Assembly: GCA_002189035.1 (NCBI GenBank)
Contig: NEEC01000002.1
Coordinates: 5,828,001 to 5,892,000 of the forward strand
Source: Utricularia gibba
Lineage: Eukaryota > Plantae > Magnoliophyta
Reading direction: 5' to 3'
DNA length: 64,000 nucleotides
This document shows, piece after piece, positions 53,101 through 64,000 of this stretch. Within the stretch, counting starts at the first letter, position 1. Each line of letters begins with the position of its first letter. Both the position numbers and the translations under genes were made by a program. The notes under the pieces are model-generated. The model saw only the letters and a program-made list of their open reading frames with translations. It made no database searches and had not been told where the DNA came from.

Positions 53101-53363
53101 TGGAGTTGGATATTCGGGGCATCGGAAAGAGCTTGGCGACTGTAAGTGCTCGTTACTTGGTTTTTGTTTTTTCGTTCTGGATTTGTGGCAGTACGACCGG
53201 GAGCCTGCCGTTGAATCTATTTTCAATTCTATTTGAGGCGGAACCCTCGGGTTTTTTTGAACCGTATCGATATACTGAAATGAATCCGTGAGTTACCTCG
53301 TTAGCATCGGAAATTTGTGATGTTTTGAACTCGAATTGAGATAAATGGTTTTGGAATTTGACT

Positions 53364-54059
53364 ATGAACGATGAAATGAGAGGGGAGAAAGATGAGCAGG
53401 ATAAACGAATTATTCGACCTGGTTGTGATGATTTTGGCAGAGAAATAGCAAGAATTGCTGTTGCCCAAGTGTGTCAGACCGTTGGATTCGAGACATTTTA
53501 CGAATCTGCTCTGGATTCTCTAGCTGGCATCGCCATTAGATACATCGTTGAATTGGGCAAGAGCTCAAAGTTTTATGCGAGCGTATCTGGAAGGACTGAC
53601 TGCAATATATTTGACGTTGCTCACACTTTGGAAGACTTTGCCCCTTCTAAGGATACTTCAAAGCTTCATTCTCATTGTGTGGTTAACAGTGGTATCATGT
53701 TGGAGCTTGAGAAGTACGTAGAGACTGCTGAGGAGATACCTTTTGCACAACCCTTGCCGAGATTTCCTGGCATCAGATATCCAAACCGGATACCAAGTTT
53801 CTCACAAGTAGGAGAAGCACCGAAGTCAAAGCATATACCAGCTTGGCTGCCAGCGTTTCCCGATCCTCACACATACATCCAAACACCTGTTTGGAATGAC
53901 AGGGTCACTGATCCTCGTAGTGATAAGATTGAGCTAGCAAGGCAGCACAGAAAGGCTGAAAGGTCGTTACTGAACTTGCACCAACGGCTGCTATCAAGTG
54001 GATTGCAGGAGGGAACTAACACCCCCATTTTGAAAACCCATTCACACATATACCCCAGA

Positions 54060-54091
<32 letters not shown>

Positions 54092-54412
54092 GTAGAAGAA
54101 GAAAAAGTCTCCCCAGTAAGCATTCCAGCAGAGAAGTCTGAAACGCTGCTACAGACATTCTCACCTGCAATCGAAGCAATGAGAGATAGGTTGCATTCTG
54201 AGGGTGCTCCTAGCAAGAGACCTCGTGTAATCTTGGAGTTCAAAAGCAATAAAAGGTTGTTGGGCGAACCGGTTGATATGATGATTCAGTGCGTGGCTCT
54301 TGGGAAGAAGGAGCCATGGTTTGGACGTGATGGGGTGAAGGATGATAAGAAAAGAAGGGTTGAGTTTATGCTGAGACAGTCTTTGGAAAACCAGCTTGAG
54401 GGCTTCCACTGA
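53364..54412 (+). CDS. TAF8: TAF8-like bromodomain-associated (histone-fold) protein; one -1 frameshift near 54022 as assembled
   Basis: DDFGREIARIAVAQVC..VGFE....SALDSL histone fold and HIPAWLPAFPDPHTYIQTP TAF8-C motif. The second frame gives ENPF...EKVSPV...KRPRVILEFK. Confidence 0.88.
54062..54088 (+). repeat. (GAA)9 microsatellite inside the TAF8-like CDS (poly-Glu in the corrected frame)
   Basis: Direct count of nine GAA units. Confidence 0.95.
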
Positions 54413-55576
54413 AAAGTGCTGAGCCTCTTCCCTGGTTCAATCAACCATGGGGATTCCTTTTGGTTCGGTAGTGTTCATCTGTGTTGTCAATTCTACGGAT
54501 AAACTGAACTTTGAAAGTTAGAGGGTGATAACGCGAATTGGTTTGAGTAATATATCAATATGATATATTAAATAATTATTAAAAAATACATTCGAGAATG
54601 ACATCCCACTTGAAGTATCTCGGAGATGTTTTAATACTATAGTATAATGTTTAATTATTTGTGAATAATATTTTTTATATATATTTTGAACGTGATACAT
54701 AACTGCACATTATTTGATAAATCTTTTTTAATGGGGAATTTTAAAAAAAATGCACTCCGGAGGTCAAGAATTTCACCTACAATTCTGCGTTATGCCCCCC
54801 GTAAGGCTCCTGCTCTGTTCTTCCGCTCCTTGTGATTCTGGTGCGGAGTCCCGTTAGTCTGGTTCATTTGTCTCCATTTTTCAATGACCTTGAAAACATC
54901 CGATCTTCGATTTTTGTTTTTCTGGTAGAGTTTTGGTGGCGGCAGCTGTAGTTCTTGGGCAGGGCGTTTTTGAATTCGATTCCTGGTGAGTTACTTTGCT
55001 CGATAAAAGGATCCGATTTTATTTTCCGACGTTTATGTTGAGGAATCAACTAGGGTTTGCGGTGTGGTGATTTTTGGGTGGCAATATCCGATCTTTGAAT
55101 GCTGTTTGAGCAGGAATTGGGCTTCTGTGACCAGATGTTTGCTGATAGTTTTTTAGGGCTAGGGGCCGTAAATTTATTAATTCTTAACATCTGTGGTACT
55201 CTAAAGCTTATGAATTGATGGAAATGGTGGTCAGGTTTATATTGTGTCGTTTTAATTACGAAGCGAGAAGTGCAAATGCAGTTCTGGATTGTTGTATAAT
55301 TGAATGATTCGTGGTTGTTTTTTGGAAACCCTACAGTGGGGGTTTTTCGCTAAATGATCTTGAGGTTTAGGCCGTCATGGCTCATTCTAGAGTTTAGTTT
55401 CCAAATAATTTTTTTACAGGGATTTTTCTCTTTATCCAGGTTTTCCCCCGTTGGGAATCACCGGCTATTGAAGTGTGATCACATGCATGATTCCAGGAAA
55501 GGCATGTACTAGTGAGAGCACATTTGCTATGGGATTGTTATACAGAGGTATCAGTTCCATCTGATTGATGCCGCCT

Positions 55577-57856
<2,280 letters not shown>

Positions 57857-59552
57857 TTCCTTTGCATCGTCTCCGTGCTTCTTGTGTGTTGCAGTGTATG
57901 ATGATTCGTAGGGAGAGAGAAGGAGGTGCTTTTGTATGCAGTTAACGGTTACAAGTAGTTAGTTAGTGGACATGGGGGCTCTTCTCTGGTCTCTCGTTGT
58001 AATTTATTGGGAGGATTTCATTATAATTCCTTTTTTGTTAACGTTTTTAATCTTGGGAATTAAAACATTTCCTCAATTTATTCAAAACCAAAACATATCA
58101 TAAGGGGGTGTTTTGCATCATTTTTATTATTATTAACTTATAAGTTAATGAACTTATAAGTCAATTATAAATGCATAATGTTTAATTTGATAAACTTAAT
58201 TTATAATTAGCTAAATTTATAAGAAAAAAATAATTATGTTTTTTTACTTATAAACGTAACTCATAAGTAATTTAAAAATATTACTTTAAAATCAATTATA
58301 AGTAATAAGTAAAACACTTGTATAAATTATAATAACTTATAATCAATTAAAATAATTTTTAATCAATACAAAACACCTCCATTATAATTTCTCATAATAC
58401 TAACGTTTTATTATGAAGTATTTAAATGGAATTTTATTACTAATAAATTATATTATCTTTAGTAATAATATCAAAGAATAATAATATTTAAATAATTATC
58501 TGCACTTGCATCTCACATGTACGGATTTAAAAATTTGAGAATACATGAATATGATTACAGATTACATGGATTCATAAAATTTAGATATATTAGTATTTAA
58601 AATAAAATTATTTATTCCTAGTTCTCCGGCATCCCATGATGATGAAATTGAGGCTTGGTTAGATATAAACTCCTCCTAACAGGAATTACCTGAAGCTTAA
58701 AGGAAACAGATGAGGATGGTTGTTTGTGCCAATGGCTCCAGCCCTGATCATCATCAATTGAGTGAATCCAGCAGCAAGCTCGTCTCTGCACTCAGTGATC
58801 TGTATTGGGTAAGCTCGTCACTTGTTTATTCAGGTCTTGCACATCTGAGTTTGGTCTTCCACTGTTGCAGCTGGACTCCTTTGGACCTCTAGATTTGAAG
58901 ATACCATCATGTAGGTATAGCGCGGTGTGAATCTGCAACAACCATGGCTCCGGCATATTATAGTAACGAGATGGGAGAGGTTTGTAGCCTCTGTGAGATG
59001 TCAATATGATGATGATGATGATGGATGTAGCAGAGAAAGTGATTGTAACCTGAATGCACATGATGTTTAACTCTGGTGGCCCTCTTCTTGTTGGGTGGAT
59101 CCATCTCCTCTGCAATGGAAAATCCAACCTGAACAGGACGGGTGGCTCAGGCATCTCATTCATGTGTTTACGACAAAGTTACCTGAAATATTTTTACACA
59201 GAAAGCAAATCGTTCATTTCATACACACATTAGAAATTTCAAACTTGCATTTTCTCACCGTTTTCGTTGAGAATGACAAGTGGATGAAACACAACCGTCG
59301 AAGGGATGCGCCCCACAACAACCGACAGATGTTGAACATACACAGACATGAAAAAGGCATTGGGTCCAACCCATGAGTCATGTGGCTCTTGAACGTAGAT
59401 CAGACAGCAGCATCCGCCCCCTGCAGTAGACCAGCAGAGATCATTCTAAGGAGCGGAAATAATAACCATTAACAAAAAGGAAGCAGATGGACGAGCCCCA
59501 TGGCGGTTATAAATTGGGTGTGGAAAGCACTCGGAGGAGGTGAAGGAGAAGC

Positions 59553-61079
59553 ATGGAGAAGGCAAACCAGAAGCCTCATGCGGTTATGATCCCGTACCCT
59601 CTTCAAGGCCACATAATCCCCTTTGCCAACCTCGCAGTTCAGCTAGCCACCAGTCACTCCTTCACCATCACCTTCGTCAACACTGAAGTTAACCACCTTC
59701 GCATCTCCCGGGCCAACGACGGCCAGGAAGACATTTTCGCCTCCGCCCGCAGCTCCGGCATCGATGTCCGTTATGCCACCGTCTCAGATGGCTTTCCCAT
59801 TGAATTCGACCGGTCCCTCCACCATAGCCGTTTCCTGGAGGAACTGCTGGTTAGCTTCGAATCTAGAATCGACCAACTGATTGGGCGATTGATCCAGGAG
59901 GATCCATCCATCAATACGTTGATCACGGATACCTTCTACGTTTGGACATCAAGAATAGCGAGGAAGTACGGTCTCGCTAGCGTTTCGTTCTTCACGGAGC
60001 CTGCACTTGTTCTCACTATCTACTACCATTCTGATCTTCTGAAGAAGCATGGCCATTTTGGTTCCGAGGGTAAGTTCAATCAACTCCGTCGAATTTTCAC
60101 CTTGTTCTTGTGCTAACCTTTTTCCTCGACAGAGAATCGAAAAGATCCCATCGATTATATACCTGGAGTGAAATCGATTCTGCCAACGGACTTGATGTCC
60201 TTCTACCAAGAAAGAGAGATTGTGTCAGTGATTGAGCACAAGATTCTGGCGATAGCATTCCTGGATGCTCAATTGCTGGATTTCATTCTCTGCAACACGA
60301 TTCAAGAGCTAGAAGAAGAAGCAGTTTCAGCTCTGGAAAAGAAACAGCCGTTCTACGCAATCGGACCCATTTTCCCACCCGGTTTCACCAAAAGCATCAT
60401 CTCCACGAGCCTCTGGTCAGAGTCAAACTGCACCCAGTGGCTCGACTCAAAACCTCGAGGCTCTGTTCTTTACGTCTCGTTCGGAAGCTACGCGCACGCG
60501 ACGAAACGAGAAGTCGAGGAATTAGCCCACGGGTTACTCCTCAGCGAAGTCAATTTCTTACTGGTGGTTCGATCTGACATTGTCAGCTCGGATGAACCAG
60601 ATTTCCTTCCGCCGGGATTCGTTGATCGCGCCGCCGAGAGGGGTTTGCTCGTGGAGTGGTGCTCTCAAATCCAGGTGATTTCGCATCCAAGCGTCGGAGG
60701 ATTCTTGACGCATTGTGGATGGAATTCGATCTTGGAGAGCGTCCACGTTGGTGTCCCGATGATATGTTACCCTTTGTTGACGGATCAATTCACAAATCGG
60801 AGGCTGGTGGTGGATGATTGGAAGGTTGGGGTCAATTTGAGGGATGAGAAAATTCTGACGAGAGAAGAGGTTGCGGCTAAGATAAGGTTCCTGATGGAGG
60901 AGAAGACGTCCAAAAAGATCAGGGAGAAAATGCAGACGGTGCGGGGAATCCTGAAGGCCGCCACCGCCGACGTCGGATCATCGGCGGCGAATATAGCGCG
61001 GTTTGTTGTAGATTTGAAGGCCAAGATTGCAGTGAACGCCCAAAAGAATAAGTTCCAAGGAAATAATATCCCATACTAG
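59553..61079 (+). CDS. UGT86A: UDP-glycosyltransferase, UGT86A-like, 487 aa; join(59553..60069, 60133..61079)
   Basis: PHAVMIPYPLQGHIIPF, VSDGFP, SFFTEPALVLTIYYH, IDYIPGV, and the PSPG box WCSQIQVISHPSVGGFLTHCGWNSILES...PLLTDQ. Confidence 0.92.
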
Positions 61080-61579
61080 CTATTACAATTTTTCTTCCTA
61101 GTTTTTCTTATTGTGATAAATAAATAGGCAAAAATTGCCTATTATTTTGAGTAATTTTCCTAAATATATACCATAATTTATAGTAGCTTTTTTATATATA
61201 TTTTTTAATTTTCCTATAATAAGTATAATATTTTAAAATATTTTAATAGCTTCAACAATTTTAGGAGGAATATTTTAATTAAATTATTGCTATCTATATC
61301 CAATAATTTTAAATATGAATAATTGTTTATACTAAATTTTTTTATAAGAAAAATATCAATTTTTGGTATCATCAAACTGTTCTTACAAATTATTCCTGGG
61401 TTTTTTTGATTATTTAAAATAATGCTTTTTGTTTGTTTAAAATCAAATAATCAATGGATTAAGGGCGTTTAAGCCCATTTCGTATCCAGGAACCGCGCAA
61501 GCCCATCGAAGAAGACAGAACAACTTTCAGCGATCGATGTCACCGCCGGCGAGTGTCTTCAGTATCACGAGACGAAGCA

Positions 61580-62728
61580 ATGGGTTTCAGCTTCGAGGCC
61601 GGGGTTCTCGGTGTCGTCATTCTAGCGCACGCTGCTCACGCCACTATTCAATGTAAGATTAAAACTTTTGATTACAACTTCTCCGAACTCGAGATCCGTA
61701 AATCCTATTTGTTTTAAACGATTCATTTGTTTTTTCAGATCGATCCTTCCTCAAGATTATAGGAGATGAGTTCTCTGGGCCTCCATTCGCCGTATGGTTA
61801 ATTTTGATAGTAACTGTGATTACCGTCTGTCGTGTTTGATCAGTTCCTAGATTTGCCAATTTTCATGTGGGGACGGGGTAAATTATGCAGGTGGTGTTGG
61901 AGCTGTTGGCAGGTTTGGGTTTTTGCCTGTGGGCTGCCTTGACTGTGCCTGGAAAGTTCTTGTCCATACGTCCCCAGGACGATGAAAACAGGTTTTTGAT
62001 CCTTTCTTCTTCTACTTCCATTTTCCATACAATGATACAATTCAGTATGGATAAAGATTCCTAGAGAAACTGGGTGAATATTGAGCTTTTCCTGTAGAAA
62101 ATTGGGAGGTGGAATCAGGTCTAGATACAGTTTGATCAGGTCCTTTGTATAATCTTTCTTTGGTTTGTGCGAAAAAAATTGGGAAATGCCTGAGTTGACA
62201 GAGCATCCGAGGTGAAACATAATCTCTGGTTTGCCCAACGAACAATTTAAGTATTTGGGTGGTTAAAAAGTTGGTATTTACCAGGGGCTTCCCTTACCAT
62301 TCCAATGATCTGAGATCCTGGAAGCAGTTCTGTCGTATATCTTTAAATGCAAAAACTTAAAATCTCAACAAGGATGAGAATATTTCAATGAGCAAGACAG
62401 CTTTACTTCATTTTGATACAGAAGAGGTATTATTTTGTAGAGTTATTTCATGCCAAGAATTTCCCAGCCATTTCTCCAATGGGGAAATGATGTTCGAATA
62501 TTCACATGCATATTGCACCATATCTGATCTCTGGTCTTCAGTATTCGCATTTTAGGTTGTTTTAGATCGACATTAGTATTCTTAGATTGTTCGTTCAGTC
62601 TTTTATGCTTGTGTGATATCAGGGTGGTGGCTCTGCCTGCAAATCTGGATTTCATGATCTTCAACCACCGAGGCAAAGCGTTTCCGTTGGCCACCACGAA
62701 CAGCAAACCTTCTGGTTATTTGCTTTAG
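61580..62728 (+). CDS. EMC5: Membrane magnesium transporter / ER membrane complex subunit 5 (MMgT/EMC5), 4 exons, about 110 aa
   Basis: GVLGVVILAHAAHATIQ|YRSFLKIIGDEFSGPP|VVLELLAGLGFCLWAALTVPGKFLSI..DENR|VVALPANLDFMIFNHRGKAFP. Confidence 0.88.
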
Positions 62729-63655
62729 CAGCATTGAATTGTAAGCAGTTGGATTAGGACCGTCTGTGTGAAGCTTTGATTTGATAGACTTTATACAAAT
62801 GATATGTTTGGTACGTTTATTTAAACTACTAAACATATATTAGGGTTAACCGAACCGAAACTAAATCGAAATTGAATTAAAAATAGAAATACATAAAGTA
62901 TATACTTATCTAAAAAAAGGATTAATTCAGCAAATAACCAAATTAATCGATAACTGATTTATGCCAAATTTTACTAACAAAAACCCAATCGAATTTTTCA
63001 GTTTCCGTTTGGTTCGATTAATCAATTTTCTTGATTACTAATCGAATTTTACTCTGCCATACATGCATGTTTTAAAATTAGACATATTTTGTGTAATTTA
63101 TAAAATATTTGAATAATTCATATAATCATATTTATCAAAAATTTTATCTAATTTGAGGTTTTTTAATCAATCAAGTGTATGGTATATGTCATATGTATTT
63201 ATTACATATAATAATATTATATATATATATATATGTAATAAATACTTATTAACATATAGATTTTGAATATAATAATATAATGTATGTCTATCAAATGTGT
63301 TCAAAAGATTATCATTTCAGTGTGATTCAAAAGTGCCAAGAGCGAACACTCTATTTTCAATTTTTCCCGGAAAGAATTAAACATTATTCCAAAATTATAA
63401 TTTTGAGAAAATGCTAATAAAAATAGACTATACGATATTCATGATTTTTCCTTTTTAAGATAAAAAAATTAATATTAAAAATAATAATTTGTAATAGGGC
63501 AAAATGTTGATATTAAATTGAATAATACAGAAAATAAAAAAGAAAGAGAAAATCTGAAGTCTTGAAATTCGGGAGACAGAAGTCCTCCTTTTTCCGAAGT
63601 TGAGAGGGCAGTCACTCGAACTCAATGCTGCAGCATCCATCTCCATTTTTCTGCT

Positions 63656-64000
63656 ATGGCTTCGTGTTATTGCTTTCGGAGTTTCATCCCTCTCCCTTTA
63701 GGAAGACTCGACACTTCTTGCAATCTTCTTTTTCCCAAGTTTCAGTGTTACCCTGCAACCCGTAATGAGGCGAATCATTCGAGAATCTCTGCGTCTTTAA
63801 AGAAACCCAGGTTGCGATGTGTTTTCTAGATTTAGGGTTTCGAATTAGTAATGCATGTGTTTATGGATTTTGGAGTACTATTTCTTCTTCTCTTTGCCGT
63901 GTCTGCCGTTTTGACATTGGCGGAGTTAACAGGAGGGCGAAGAGCAACGATGAACTTGTGCACGATATTAGGGAGTTTTTGTCATCTGTTGGACTCCCTG
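63656..64000 (+). CDS. PTST3: 5' part of a Protein Targeting to Starch (PTST3-like) gene; join(63656..63810, 63933..>64000)
   Basis: A transit-peptide-like exon ending ASLKKPR is joined in phase 2 to RAKSNDELVHDIREFLSSVGLP, recalled as the conserved N-terminal motif of PTST3-like proteins. Truncated by the window edge. Confidence 0.7.

Noticed and set aside
62820-63060. AACCGA-rich segment resembling a hAT MITE
   Set aside because: No paired TIRs or TSD could be defined; at most a decayed fragment.

Overview
Plant (eudicot) nuclear DNA with two very different halves. Bases 1-23.2 kb are AT-rich and segmentally duplicated. They hold a same-strand (minus) tandem array of about 11 FCS-like zinc finger (FLZ/DUF581) gene copies and remnants: very small two-exon genes of 64-115 aa, some intact, some pseudogenised, some with the CDS deleted. 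A solo-LTR-like insertion and a TIR element carrying a 56-bp double-hairpin tandem repeat are interspersed. Bases 25-64 kb are very gene-dense with short introns: WRKY group IId, UTP18, 11S globulin, casein kinase 1-like, phytochelatin synthase, LOG2-type RING E3, PLS-E PPR, a DVL/RTFL peptide, TAF8-like, a trihelix/UMP-kinase-like fusion, UGT86A, MMgT/EMC5 and the 5' end of a PTST3-like gene. Eight apparent frameshifts, in six otherwise intact conserved genes and one FLZ copy, can each be repaired by adding one base to a G/C run. This most likely reflects assembly error, so pseudogene calls based on a single -1 shift should be distrusted. The best candidate for an undescribed system is the FLZ microprotein array, in which the zinc finger diverges faster than the Ser/Lys-rich N-terminus. 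All alignments and homologies were done by eye or from recalled family motifs; no database searches were run.
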